Assembly: GCA_963781585.1 (NCBI GenBank)
Contig: CAWAGQ010000013.1
Span: forward strand, 384,001-448,000
Reading direction: 5' to 3'
Length of the DNA: 64,000 nucleotides
Source: an uncultured Gemmatimonadaceae bacterium
GTDB taxonomy: Bacteria > Gemmatimonadota > Gemmatimonadetes > Gemmatimonadales > Gemmatimonadaceae
In this document: positions 20,961-30,651 of the stretch, piece after piece
How positions within the stretch are numbered: position 1 is the first letter of the stretch
Layout: each line of letters starts with the position of its first letter
Program-made: the position numbers and the translations under genes
The notes under the pieces: generated by a model
The model's input: only the letters and a program-made list of their open reading frames with translations
Told to the model about the DNA's origin: nothing
Database searches by the model: none

Positions 20961-22235
20961 CTACTTCCTGATGGTCGCTCCGGTGAGCTGGGCGATGGCG
21001 CCGAGCGTGGTCTGCGCGGCGTTCAATCCCAACCGGAAGTCCTGGTCGTTGTAGGTTGCGTACACGTCGGTGGGCTGGTGCCACTGCGGATCCCAGCCGG
21101 CGCCGATCTGCGTGCCGCGCTCATTCTCGCGCAGGCTGATCGCGGGCACGATGTCCTTGAAGGCGTCGGAGTCGGTGTTGGTCATGTGCGGCCCCACCTG
21201 TGCCGGATAGTCGGTCGCGTACTTCTCGTTCGCCGTGTGGAAGAACCAGGCCAGCTTCTGCGCGCCGTCCGCCACCTTCGCGGTCGACTGGAATTCGATA
21301 TTCACGTCGGCTTCCGGGCGCTGCTCCCTGCTCACCGTGCCGTCCGCGCGCGGCATGCCGTGGTCGAACAGCATCATGTCGTGCTGAACCATCCCCAGCC
21401 ATTTCGGTTCGGGGTACTTTCGCGAGCCTGGCGGATCCTCCTTGCCCTGAAGCGCCTCGCGCTGCGCCACGTACGCGCGTGCGCCATTGAGGCCGGTCTC
21501 CTCGTTGTTCCAGAGCGCGAACCGGATGGAACGCTCGGTCTGCACGTCCGGGCTGCTGAAGACGCGCGCCAGTTCCATCACCAGGGCCGCGCCCGAACCA
21601 TCGTCGTTCGCTGCTTCGCCCCACCCGTGGCCGTCCATGTGTCCGCCGACGATGTACATCTCCTCGGGATGGGTGGTACCGACTTTGGTGCAATACACTT
21701 CCTGGCGTTCGCCGGCCGCGAAGGGCTGCATGTCGAGCGCGCGGAGCTTGAGGTCGGGTTGGGCGAGTGAGTCGGTATTGACGCCGGTTCGCGCCCGGTT
21801 GCCGCGAATGCGACCGCCACCGGAGGCCGTCGTGCCGCGGCCGCCGCGCCCACCCGCGCGGCCGGCACCCCCGCCGCGCTGGCCACCAGCTCTTCCAGCG
21901 GCCGTGGTGTCTCCACGCCCACCGCCACCGGCGCGACCGCGCGCCGGCGGGGGCGTGTAGTCGTAGGTGATTCGTTCGGTGTTCGTGCACCCGTAGCTCT
22001 TGAGCTGCGCCTCGATCCAGTTCACGGCAGCGCGGTTCCGGTCGGTACCCTGACGGCGATCCCCGAACTGCGTGAGTCCCTTGATCGTGGCCTTGTAATT
22101 CTCCAGATCGAGCCGGGACACCAGCTGGATAACGGGATCGCTGCTCGAGTCCGGGCCGCCGCCCTGGGCCAACAACGGCCCGGCGATAATCGCGAGAATT
22201 CCGCAGTGTGTGATGACGCAGGGGATGGCACGCAT
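20961..22235 (-). CDS. Secreted M28-family metallopeptidase
   Basis: IVGGHMD, ANDDGSG, WNNEETGLNGA, QHDMM, TDSDAF, QWHQPTD. Confidence 0.9.
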   Translation of the reverse strand: MRAIPCVITHCGILAIIAGPLLAQGGGPDSSSDPVIQLVSRLDLENYKATIKGLTQFGDRRQGTDRNRAAVNWIEAQLKSYGCTNTERITYDYTPPPARGRAGGGGRGDTTAAGRAGGQRGGGAGRAGGRGGRGTTASGGGRIRGNRARTGVNTDSLAQPDLKLRALDMQPFAAGERQEVYCTKVGTTHPEEMYIVGGHMDGHGWGEAANDDGSGAALVMELARVFSSPDVQTERSIRFALWNNEETGLNGARAYVAQREALQGKEDPPGSRKYPEPKWLGMVQHDMMLFDHGMPRADGTVSREQRPEADVNIEFQSTAKVADGAQKLAWFFHTANEKYATDYPAQVGPHMTNTDSDAFKDIVPAISLRENERGTQIGAGWDPQWHQPTDVYATYNDQDFRLGLNAAQTTLGAIAQLTGATIRK

Positions 22236-22421
22236 GACGAAGCTCCGCCAGGGGAAGGTCTGCGACGATTCTAACTCCCGGGGCGGAGGCTGGGCCAGCG
22301 CGCGCGGTGAATGACGGGAGTGGGAGGGCGCGCGACGTCTGGCCGCTCCAAAGTCCGGCTGCGGGCGCAGTGCATCGTCGTCTCCGAAGTCCGGCGCTCG
22401 CGGTCGCGCCCGTCGAGCCGC

Positions 22422-22470
22422 CCTTGACTTTCTAGGCCGGGCCGAGGCATTCTGCCCTAGACTTCCGAGG
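22422..22470 (+). promoter_or_regulatory. Paired imperfect palindromes (probable PadR operators) overlapping a sigma-70 promoter
   Basis: CCTTGACTTTCTAGG (22422-22436) and CCTAGACTTCCGAGG (22456-22470); TTGACT -35 lies inside the first, CATTCT 18 nt later. Confidence 0.65.
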
Positions 22471-22478
22471 ACAGAGCC

Positions 22479-22835
22479 ATGCCCGACCTGAACCAGCAGA
22501 TCCTCCGCGGCACTCTCGACCTGCTCGTGCTCAAGGCATTGAGCGGCGATCCCGCGCACGGCTACGAGATTGCCCGCTGGGTCGAGCGCGCCACCGCCAA
22601 CGCGCTTCGTATCGAGGACGGGTCGCTGTACCCCGCCCTGTACCGCCTCGAGGAGCGCGGCCTGATCGAAGCCGACTGGCGGCTCACCGACGACCGGCGG
22701 CGCGCCAAGTATTACTCGCTCACGGTCTCCGGGCGCCGGCGGCTGCGCGACGAGACGGCGAGCTGGACCCGCTATGCGCGCGCCATCTTCGCGGCGCTCG
22801 AGGTCCCGATGCGGACGCAGCCCGCGAGGGCCTGA
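22479..22835 (+). CDS. PadR-family transcriptional regulator
   Basis: LRGTLDLLVLKAL, HGYEIA, EDGSLYPALYRLEERGLI, RRAKYYSLT. Confidence 0.95.
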   Translation: MPDLNQQILRGTLDLLVLKALSGDPAHGYEIARWVERATANALRIEDGSLYPALYRLEERGLIEADWRLTDDRRRAKYYSLTVSGRRRLRDETASWTRYARAIFAALEVPMRTQPARA

Positions 22836-22837
22836 TC

Positions 22838-25516
22838 ATGCCCGCCCACGATCCGATCTGGCGCCGCTACCTCCGGTTCACGCGTCCCGATCCCCGCGCC
22901 GATGTCGGCGACGAGCTGCGATTCCACTGGGAGGAGCTGGTGCGCCGGTACCGTGCGGAGGGCATGGACCAGGGTGCGGCCGAACGCGCCGCCCGCGCGC
23001 AGTTCGGCGATCTCCAACGCGTGCAACAGGCGCTCGGCGAACGGTCCGTGCAGCAGCAACGGCGTGCCGAACGCGCCGGATGGTGGATGACCCTGCGCTA
23101 CGATGTCCGAGTTGGCGCACGGAAGTTGATCCACCAGCCCGCCTTCAGCATTGCGGCCATCGCCACGCTTGGCCTGGGGATCGGGGCCAACGTTGCCGTG
23201 TTCAGCGTGGTCAATTCGGCGCTCATCCGCCCGCTTCCGTATCCGCAGGCTGATCGCCTGGTTCGACTCTACGAGATGTACAAAGGGCGGCCCTTCACGG
23301 TTTCGCCACCCAATTTCAGCGACTGGCGTGCGCAGGCCCATTCGTTCACCGGCGTGGCGGCGTTCAACAACTTCGCGCGCACGCTCACCGGGTACGGTGA
23401 CCCGCAACCCGTACCGTCGGCATCGGTGACCGAGGACTTCTTCAAGGTGATGGGTGTGCAGCCGATTCGAGGGCGTCCGTTTTCCGCCGGCGAACTCACG
23501 TATGGCCAGACGAACGCCGTCATCCTCTCCGATGGATTGTGGCGCACCACCTTCGGCGCGCGGGAGGATCTCGTTGGCCGGACCCTGCAGCTCGACGGCC
23601 GCGCGTTCGACGTGGTGGGGATCATGCCGCCCGGCTTCGACTACCCCTCCGGGACGAAGCTCTGGACGCCCTGGGCCTTCAGCGCGGACGAACTGGCGAC
23701 GCAGCGTGGCGCGCACTGGCTGAGCGTCGTGGCGCGCCTGACACCTGGTGTGACGCTCGACGCCGCCACCCGGGACGTGGCTGCGATATCGGCGCGTCTC
23801 GCGGAAGCGTACCCGAACACGAACAAGGACGATGGGGCGACGAGTCGGACGCTTCGCGATGCCATGGTGGGGGCGACACCGCGTCGCGCGCTTCTCGTTC
23901 TGCTTGGCGCGGTTGCGCTGGTGGTGCTGATCGCCTGCAGCAACGTGGCCAACCTGCTGCTGGCGCGTGGTGCCGTGCGCCAGCGCGAGCTCGCGACGCG
24001 CGCTGCGCTCGGCGCGCGCCCGCGCGATCTGATCGGCATGGCGCTCACCGAGAGCGTATTGCTGGGGGTGATCGGAGGTGTGGTAGGGTTGGCGGTCGCG
24101 TGGTGGGCGACGAAAGGGCTCGACGCGTTGCGGCCCGACGCGCTCCGGCAGCTCGGGGCCGCGCGGGTGGATCTGACGGTGTTGTTCTTCACGCTTGGTC
24201 TCAGCGTGGCGACCGGGCTGCTGTTCGGGATGGCGCCTGCGCTGCAGGCGGCGCGCGTGGCGAACGTGCACGGCACGCTCCAGGCGGGGGGGCGTGGAGG
24301 GACCATCGGCCGGGCCGGGTGGCGCGTTCGGGGCGGACTCGTGGCCGTGGAGCTGGCACTGGCCGTGATGCTGCTCGTCGGCGCAGGGCTCCTCGTCAGG
24401 AGCTTCTCGCGGCTGCAGAGCGTGTCCCCGGGTTTCGACGGGAAGGGAGTCCTCACGTTCTACCTCTCGTTGCCCGGTCAACGCTACCCGAAGGCCGGGC
24501 AGTCGGAGCAGTTCTACGGGCAGATGCTGGAACGGATCCGCGCGCTTCCGGGGGTGGCGAAAGCGGCGTCGATCAGCGGACTTCCCCTCGACGACTACAA
24601 TTACAGCATCAGTACCCACTCGCTCGACGGTGTGAACATCGAGGCGTCGGAACAACCGTCGACCCAGATCCGGGTCGTGACCGCCGATCTGTTCCAGACG
24701 CTGCACATCCGGCTCCTGCGCGGACGGACGTTCGTCGATACCGACCGCGAGGGCGCGCCTAACGTCGTGGTGATGAACGGCGCGGCGGCGAAGCTGCTGT
24801 TCAATACGACGGATCCGATCGGCCATTCGCTCGAGATCGGGACCGGCTTCGATCTTGGCCGGGGACGCGCCGGTGGGCAGGTGGTGGGGATCGTGGACGA
24901 CGTGCACGACGATGCACTCAGCACGGACCCCCGTCCCACGCTCTATTTCGCGCATGCGCAGTTTCCGCTCACCGACATGGCGATCGTGATCCGGGCTGCG
25001 GCTGGTGTCGATCCGGGTGCGCTCGCGACGCCCGTCCGCGCGCAACTCCGGCTGCTGGATAACGGGCTCCCGATGCTGGGGGTGCGCACCATGGATCGGG
25101 TCGCGCAGCTCTCGGTCGCCCAGCCGCAGTTCGCGATGACGCTGCTCGCCGCGTTCGCGGCCGTTGCCCTGGCGCTGGCGGCGGTCGGGGTATTCGGCGT
25201 GATGAGCTACGTCGTCGGGCAGCGCACGCGGGAAATCGGCGTGCGGATGGCGCTCGGCGCCGATGGGCACCGCGTGGTGGGAGAAACGCTACGTCGGGCA
25301 CTGGCCCCGGTCGTCCTGGGTGTCGTGATCGGGAGCGCGGGTGCGCTGCTGCTGACGGGGACCATGGCCAGCCTGCTCTACGAGGTGACGCCCGGGGACC
25401 CGGTCACGGTGGTCGTGGTGGCCGTGGGCATGGCATTGATCGCAGTCGTGGCCGCCTGGCTACCCGCGCGGCGGGCAAGTCGGGTGGATCCGGTGCTGGC
25501 ACTCAGAAGCGAATGA
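22838..25516 (+). CDS. Duplicated MacB/FtsX-type ABC permease (ADOP-like)
   Basis: Prefix DVGDELRFH...ARAQFGD, TLGLGIGAN, LIACSNVANLLLAR, GVFGVMSYVVGQRTREIGVRMALGA, ends RVDPVLALRSE. Confidence 0.95.
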   Translation: MPAHDPIWRRYLRFTRPDPRADVGDELRFHWEELVRRYRAEGMDQGAAERAARAQFGDLQRVQQALGERSVQQQRRAERAGWWMTLRYDVRVGARKLIHQPAFSIAAIATLGLGIGANVAVFSVVNSALIRPLPYPQADRLVRLYEMYKGRPFTVSPPNFSDWRAQAHSFTGVAAFNNFARTLTGYGDPQPVPSASVTEDFFKVMGVQPIRGRPFSAGELTYGQTNAVILSDGLWRTTFGAREDLVGRTLQLDGRAFDVVGIMPPGFDYPSGTKLWTPWAFSADELATQRGAHWLSVVARLTPGVTLDAATRDVAAISARLAEAYPNTNKDDGATSRTLRDAMVGATPRRALLVLLGAVALVVLIACSNVANLLLARGAVRQRELATRAALGARPRDLIGMALTESVLLGVIGGVVGLAVAWWATKGLDALRPDALRQLGAARVDLTVLFFTLGLSVATGLLFGMAPALQAARVANVHGTLQAGGRGGTIGRAGWRVRGGLVAVELALAVMLLVGAGLLVRSFSRLQSVSPGFDGKGVLTFYLSLPGQRYPKAGQSEQFYGQMLERIRALPGVAKAASISGLPLDDYNYSISTHSLDGVNIEASEQPSTQIRVVTADLFQTLHIRLLRGRTFVDTDREGAPNVVVMNGAAAKLLFNTTDPIGHSLEIGTGFDLGRGRAGGQVVGIVDDVHDDALSTDPRPTLYFAHAQFPLTDMAIVIRAAAGVDPGALATPVRAQLRLLDNGLPMLGVRTMDRVAQLSVAQPQFAMTLLAAFAAVALALAAVGVFGVMSYVVGQRTREIGVRMALGADGHRVVGETLRRALAPVVLGVVIGSAGALLLTGTMASLLYEVTPGDPVTVVVVAVGMALIAVVAAWLPARRASRVDPVLALRSE

Positions 25517-25630
25517 GCCTCACGCCGGCAGCGACGCTGCCGGCGCCCTTCAAGAAAGCGCCGCGCTGCCACTAGCGCCGGCCGGGCTCCCGCACGCACA
25601 CTGTCATGGAACCCGCTTGATGGAGTGCGA

Positions 25631-27475
25631 ATGAGGAACGCCCGGATCACCTGTGCGATGGCCGTCCTGATGACCCTGTCGGTTGGCATGCCTGGGCAGT
25701 CGCAGGCGCCGTCCACACAACGACTCAACAAATACGGCAACCCGGCCAGGATGGCCCCGGCACCCACCTCGCCGTCGATCACGGCGAAGGACCTGCAGAT
25801 CCGCCTGTACCAGTTCGCGGATGACTCGATGCAGGGGCGCCAGGTGGGCCGCGTGGGGAACATGAAGGGAACGGCGTACATCGCTGCCGAGGTGAAACGT
25901 CTCGGCCTCCTTCCCGCTGGCGACAACGGCACCTACTTCCAGGTCCTTCCGTATCATCTGCACAGAATCACGGATCACTCGCGGCTCACCGTCGACGGGA
26001 ACCCGATTGCCTGGAATCGCGACTGGATCGCTGTGCCGGGCGCGCGTGCGCCGAGGCCGATCGCCGATGCCGAGGTGGTCTTCGGCGGGACCGCGGGGGA
26101 CACGACGAACGAGATCACGGCCGAGCAGGCCGCGGGCAAGTTTGTCGTTCTGCTGCCGGCACCGCCGCAAGCTGTTCCGGTCGGAGGCCGGGGCGGGCGA
26201 GGCGGGCGGGGAGGGTTCTTCGGATTCGGGGCGTCGCGATTCGGCGACGCAGTGGCGGTGGCGACGGTCGATCTCGACCGGCTCACTACCGCGCAACGAT
26301 CAGCCCTGGCGAGTCCGGAGGTCGCCTCGCAGAGTGGGGGGCGGGGCGGCGGCCGGGGAGGCCGGGGCGGACGAGGGGGTCGAGGCGGCGCACCGAACGA
26401 GCCGCCGGATTCCCTGGCGGTGCTGCACCAGCAGATCGACGCGCTGGCTCCTCAGGCAACCATCCGCCTGACGACGTCCGGGGCAACGCAGCTCTTCGGC
26501 GGGCGGTCGATCGCGTCGCTCACGCCCGGCACGACGGGCGGAACGGTCACCGCGTCGCTCGACTATCTCGAGTTGCCCAGCGAGTTCGGTCGCAACGTGG
26601 TGGCGATCATTCCCGGAAGCGATCCTGCGCTCCGCCACGAATACGTCGCAATCGGCGCGCACAACGATCACATCGGGATCAGCTCGCCCGTCGATCACGA
26701 TTCCCTCAAGGCGTTCAACGATGCGCGCAACCGGATGCTGATCGGGAACGACATGGCCGCACTCACGCCGGACCAGCTCGCGTCGATTCACGTGAATATG
26801 GACAGTATTCGGCGCATCTATCCGAAGGCCCGCCTGGACTCGATCAACAACGGCGCGGACGACGACGGCTCCGGTTCGATGGGGGTGCTCGAGATTGCGC
26901 AGGCGATCGCGGCGATGCCGGTCAAGCCCAGGCGCTCGGTGCTCTTTGTCTGGCACACCGGCGAAGAGGCCGGGCTCGTCGGCTCGAACTTCTTCACCCA
27001 CAATCCCACCGTCCCGATGGACTCGGTCGTCGCCCAGATCAACATCGATATGATCGGCCGTGGGCGCGCAGAGGATCTGCCGGGCGGCGGCCCCAATTAC
27101 CTCGGGGTGGTGGGGTCGTTCTTCGATTCGAAGGACCTGGGCGAGACTGTGGCGGCGGTGAACAGGAAGCAGTCTACGCCGCTTGATCTCGACTACAAGT
27201 ACGACACGACCCTCACCTGGGCGGGCTACAACAACATCTACGGCCGGAGTGATCACTACAACTACGCGCTGCAGGGTGTGCCGATTGCCTTCTTCTTTAC
27301 CGGATTGCACGGCGACTACCACCAACGCACCGACGAGCCGGAGTTCATCGACTATCCGCACTACGCGCGGGTCACCAACTACATCAAGGACATCGTGGTC
27401 GAGGTCGGAAACGGACCGCGTCCACGCATCAACGGCACGAGGCCGGCGAAGCCGCCCAAACCGGCGGTACCATAA
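25631..27475 (+). CDS. Secreted M28-family metallopeptidase with PA-like insert
   Basis: FADDSMQGR, IGAHNDH, NGADDDGSG, HTGEEAGLVGS, NIDMIGR, RSDHYNY, GLHGDYHQRTDE. Confidence 0.93.
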   Translation: MRNARITCAMAVLMTLSVGMPGQSQAPSTQRLNKYGNPARMAPAPTSPSITAKDLQIRLYQFADDSMQGRQVGRVGNMKGTAYIAAEVKRLGLLPAGDNGTYFQVLPYHLHRITDHSRLTVDGNPIAWNRDWIAVPGARAPRPIADAEVVFGGTAGDTTNEITAEQAAGKFVVLLPAPPQAVPVGGRGGRGGRGGFFGFGASRFGDAVAVATVDLDRLTTAQRSALASPEVASQSGGRGGGRGGRGGRGGRGGAPNEPPDSLAVLHQQIDALAPQATIRLTTSGATQLFGGRSIASLTPGTTGGTVTASLDYLELPSEFGRNVVAIIPGSDPALRHEYVAIGAHNDHIGISSPVDHDSLKAFNDARNRMLIGNDMAALTPDQLASIHVNMDSIRRIYPKARLDSINNGADDDGSGSMGVLEIAQAIAAMPVKPRRSVLFVWHTGEEAGLVGSNFFTHNPTVPMDSVVAQINIDMIGRGRAEDLPGGGPNYLGVVGSFFDSKDLGETVAAVNRKQSTPLDLDYKYDTTLTWAGYNNIYGRSDHYNYALQGVPIAFFFTGLHGDYHQRTDEPEFIDYPHYARVTNYIKDIVVEVGNGPRPRINGTRPAKPPKPAVP

Positions 27476-27476
27476 C

Positions 27477-27553
27477 GGCAGCCATGGGGCCAGCCTTCAG
27501 CCATCGGCCCTCGGCCACGGTGTCGAAGCCTGCGCCGACCGCTGACCGCTGAC
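27477..27553. repeat. Degenerate heptamer tandem repeats
   Basis: AGCCTTC AGCCATC GGCCCTC GGCCACG, then CCGACCG CTGACCG CTGAC (reverse complement of the GGTCAGC unit at 34987). Confidence 0.5.
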
Positions 27554-27592
27554 TTTCCCCGCGGGATGCCGGGGGTGCATAATACGCCCCCT

Positions 27593-29434
27593 ATGGGATT
27601 TCCGTCCCGGCGTCTCGCCGTCGCCCTGCTGGCCGCCTCCGTCGGTGGCGCGCGCATGGCGCACGCGCAGGAGTTCGTGCAGCAAACGCTGCTCGTCGCG
27701 CCGCTTTACTCGGAGGGCACGACCAAAGAGGCTCGGCAGGTTGGCGCCGCCCTCAGAACGCGCCTGGCGCATCTGGCGTCCAGACGGGAACTGGAGGTCG
27801 TCGGTACCGACACCCTGGAGGCGCTTCTCAGCAACTCGGGATATCGCCCCGACAGCGCGCTCAGCGAGTCCGATACGCGGGATCTTGCCCGGAAGATGCG
27901 CGCCGACGAGGTGGTCAGCGGGAGCGTGATCCACCAGGGCAGCGTCATCGAGGTGCGGCTGGCGCTGCGCGTTACCCGCGAGTGGCGGTGGCGCGAACCG
28001 ATCCGGGTCGTGCGCGCCACGTCGGTGGCCGCGGTGGCGGACACAGTGGCCGCCGAGATCCTGCGCGACCGCGCCCAGATGGCCGGGTTACGTCGCTGCG
28101 AGAACGCGGCCAGCATCGGCGATCTGACGGGCGCCGCGAAGCTGGCCGAGCAAGCGATCGCCCACGACCCGGTCAGCACGCTCGCCCGGACCTGCCTGGC
28201 GCTGGTGATCCGCTTCAATGGGGTCGGCGCCGACTCGCTGGTGCGCGTCACCGAAACCATTCTCGCGGTGGACTCGGCGAACATCGTCGCGGCGGTGATG
28301 CGTGCGCGGAACCTCGAGGCGGTGCGCTCGGCCGGTGCCTCCGCCGCGGCATGGCGGTCGGTGATCGGGCTCCGTCCCGACAGCCTCGAGCTGGCTTTGG
28401 AGGGGGTGGAGGAACTGATGCGCCTGCAGCGGCCTGCGTTGGCGCTGGACGCCGCGCGGCTTCTGCTTGGGATTCATGAGCGCGAGCCGCGCCTGCGCCG
28501 CCTCGCCTTTCGCGCGGAAGTGGCGTTAGGAGCGTGGGCCGACGCCGCGGCGCTCGGCGATTCGCTCGACGCCGAGGATCCGGAGTTCCGCGACGATTCG
28601 ACCTATGCGACGCGACACATCGAGGCGCTGCGGGTCACCGGCGACTCGCTGGGTGCGCTGGCGAAGAGCGCGCGCACCGTCAAGCAGCATCCAGGCGACC
28701 TGGTGGTGTACCTGCAATACCTGAAGCTCGTCGGGAGCGAGCAGCTCGCGGCGCTTCCCCGCGGGGTGGCGCGGTTCCCCGATGCCTCGGAGCTCCGGGT
28801 GATGGTGGCGCGCTCGGCGCTGTCCAGCGGGAAGAAGGGGGACGCCAGGGCTGCGCTCGACGTCGCCGTTCGGCTCGACACGTTGCTCACCCAGGGGTTC
28901 CTCCAGATCGCCGAGCTGTGGTTCGACGACAACCAGCCCGACAGCGCTCTCGCGACTGTCGCGCGGGCACCTCGCACCGGCGCGAATGCCGAGCTGCTGC
29001 GCACCTACGCCATCAGCCGCGGGCGGCTGGCGGTACAGAGTGCGACCGACAGCGCGCCGGATGGCTGGCGGATGGGCCTGTCGCTCTTCGCGCTGGCGGA
29101 CAGCGTGGAATCGCGCGAGGACTCACGGGGTCTGCTCGCGGTCACCACGCTCCAGTTCGCCCGAACCGCGCTGGTGGATGCGTCGAAGAGCCGGGATTGC
29201 CAGCAGGCGAGCCGGGCCAACGACCTGCTGGGGATGACCGCCGACGAATTGTCGCGTGGGGTGGGGGAAAGTGCGGGGATGACCGAGCTGCGTGGGGCGT
29301 ACGATGCCATGCGAGCCGCGACTGACAACGCGAAACGGATCTACTGCACGACTCCGAGAGCCCCGGAGCCCCACTGGTCGGTGCGCGACGGTCGCGTCCC
29401 GTGGCCGACTACGCGCCTGGCGAGGGCGGGATGA
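27593..29434 (+). CDS. Secreted all-helical / TPR-like hypothetical protein
   Basis: Signal peptide ending AHAQE, then Ala/Leu-rich helical repeats; stop overlaps the next ATG (ATGA). Confidence 0.7.
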   Translation: MGFPSRRLAVALLAASVGGARMAHAQEFVQQTLLVAPLYSEGTTKEARQVGAALRTRLAHLASRRELEVVGTDTLEALLSNSGYRPDSALSESDTRDLARKMRADEVVSGSVIHQGSVIEVRLALRVTREWRWREPIRVVRATSVAAVADTVAAEILRDRAQMAGLRRCENAASIGDLTGAAKLAEQAIAHDPVSTLARTCLALVIRFNGVGADSLVRVTETILAVDSANIVAAVMRARNLEAVRSAGASAAAWRSVIGLRPDSLELALEGVEELMRLQRPALALDAARLLLGIHEREPRLRRLAFRAEVALGAWADAAALGDSLDAEDPEFRDDSTYATRHIEALRVTGDSLGALAKSARTVKQHPGDLVVYLQYLKLVGSEQLAALPRGVARFPDASELRVMVARSALSSGKKGDARAALDVAVRLDTLLTQGFLQIAELWFDDNQPDSALATVARAPRTGANAELLRTYAISRGRLAVQSATDSAPDGWRMGLSLFALADSVESREDSRGLLAVTTLQFARTALVDASKSRDCQQASRANDLLGMTADELSRGVGESAGMTELRGAYDAMRAATDNAKRIYCTTPRAPEPHWSVRDGRVPWPTTRLARAG

Positions 29435-29949
29435 GATCGCGACCCGGATCGATCGCCGCTCTGGCGTTGACCGCCGCGTTAGGCGCGACCGGTTGTGGCC
29501 GCCGACCCGGCGCCGCCGCCGGCGACTCGGCGTATGCAGCCATGCAGGATCGCGGCCAGGCCGTGATGGGCGTGGACCAGTACGCCTCGCGGCACGTATT
29601 CGAGGATCTTCCCGACGGCGGGCGGATCGTGCTGGACGTGGACGATCCGGCTGACTCGACCGGCATCGCAAGGGTCCGGATTCACATGCGCGAGGTCGCC
29701 GCCGATTTCCAGGCGGGAGACTTCAGCAAGCCGATGATGGTGCACGCCCAGGTGGTGCCCGGCACCGACCGCATGCGCGCGCTGCGCGAGCACCTCCGCT
29801 ACGAAGTGGGGGACCGGCCCCGTGGCGCCGAAGTCCGCATCCGCAGCGACGATCCGGCAGCGGTCGCGGCCGTCCATGACTTCCTGGCGTTTCAGCGGAT
29901 GGACCACCGTGCCGGCGGGCACGAAGGGATGATGGGAGAGAAGAAGTAG
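29431..29949 (+). CDS. His/Met-rich putative lipoprotein
   Basis: Lipobox-like GATGC; HVFEDLPDGGRI, MMVHAQVVPGT, VHDFLAFQRMDH, HEGMM. Confidence 0.75.
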   Translation: MRSRPGSIAALALTAALGATGCGRRPGAAAGDSAYAAMQDRGQAVMGVDQYASRHVFEDLPDGGRIVLDVDDPADSTGIARVRIHMREVAADFQAGDFSKPMMVHAQVVPGTDRMRALREHLRYEVGDRPRGAEVRIRSDDPAAVAAVHDFLAFQRMDHRAGGHEGMMGEKK

Positions 29950-29952
29950 CGA

Positions 29953-30651
29953 GTGGCAGACGCTCTCGAAGTCGGACACCTCTCGGTTTCCTTCGGTGAA
30001 GCGCGGATTCTCGACGACCTCAGTTTCCGCGTCGAGGCCGGGAGTTCGCTCGCGATCATCGGTCCCAACGGCTCCGGCAAGACCGTACTCTTCAAGGCGT
30101 TGATCGGCGCCCTGCCGGCGACGGGCTCGATCCGGTGGGCGCCCAACACCCGGATCGGCTATGTCCCGCAGAAGCTCGACATCGAGCGCGACCTCCCGCT
30201 CACCGGATGGGAGTTCCTGCGGGCGAAGGCGCGCGTCCTGCATGTGCCGGCGCGCGAAGTGGAGCGGGTGCTGACGCTGGTTGATCTGTCTCACGACGCG
30301 GCCGCTCACACCCTCGGTACGCTGTCGGGCGGACAGTTTCAGCGGTTGCTGGTGGCATTCGCGCTGATGGGGCGGCCCACCGCGTTGCTGTTTGACGAAC
30401 CGACCGCGGGGGTCGATGAGCCGGGGGAGCAGGGCATTTACGACTTGCTGCAGCGTCTGCAGCGTGAGGAAGGCCTCACCCTCCTCATCATCTCCCACGA
30501 GTTGAGCCTGGTGTACCGGTACGCCGAGAAGGTGCTCTGTCTGTCGCGATGGCAGACGTGTTACGGCGCGCCGATGGAAATCCTGACGCCGGAGCGATTG
30601 CAGGAGGTGTACGGCACGCCGGTGAAGTTCCATCACCATGTTGACGCCTAA
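29953..30651 (+). CDS. znuC: Zn/Mn-type metal ABC transporter ATP-binding protein
   Basis: GPNGSGKT, IGYVPQK, LSGGQFQR, FDEPTAGVD, ISHEL, His-rich tail. Confidence 0.88.
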   Translation: MADALEVGHLSVSFGEARILDDLSFRVEAGSSLAIIGPNGSGKTVLFKALIGALPATGSIRWAPNTRIGYVPQKLDIERDLPLTGWEFLRAKARVLHVPAREVERVLTLVDLSHDAAAHTLGTLSGGQFQRLLVAFALMGRPTALLFDEPTAGVDEPGEQGIYDLLQRLQREEGLTLLIISHELSLVYRYAEKVLCLSRWQTCYGAPMEILTPERLQEVYGTPVKFHHHVDA

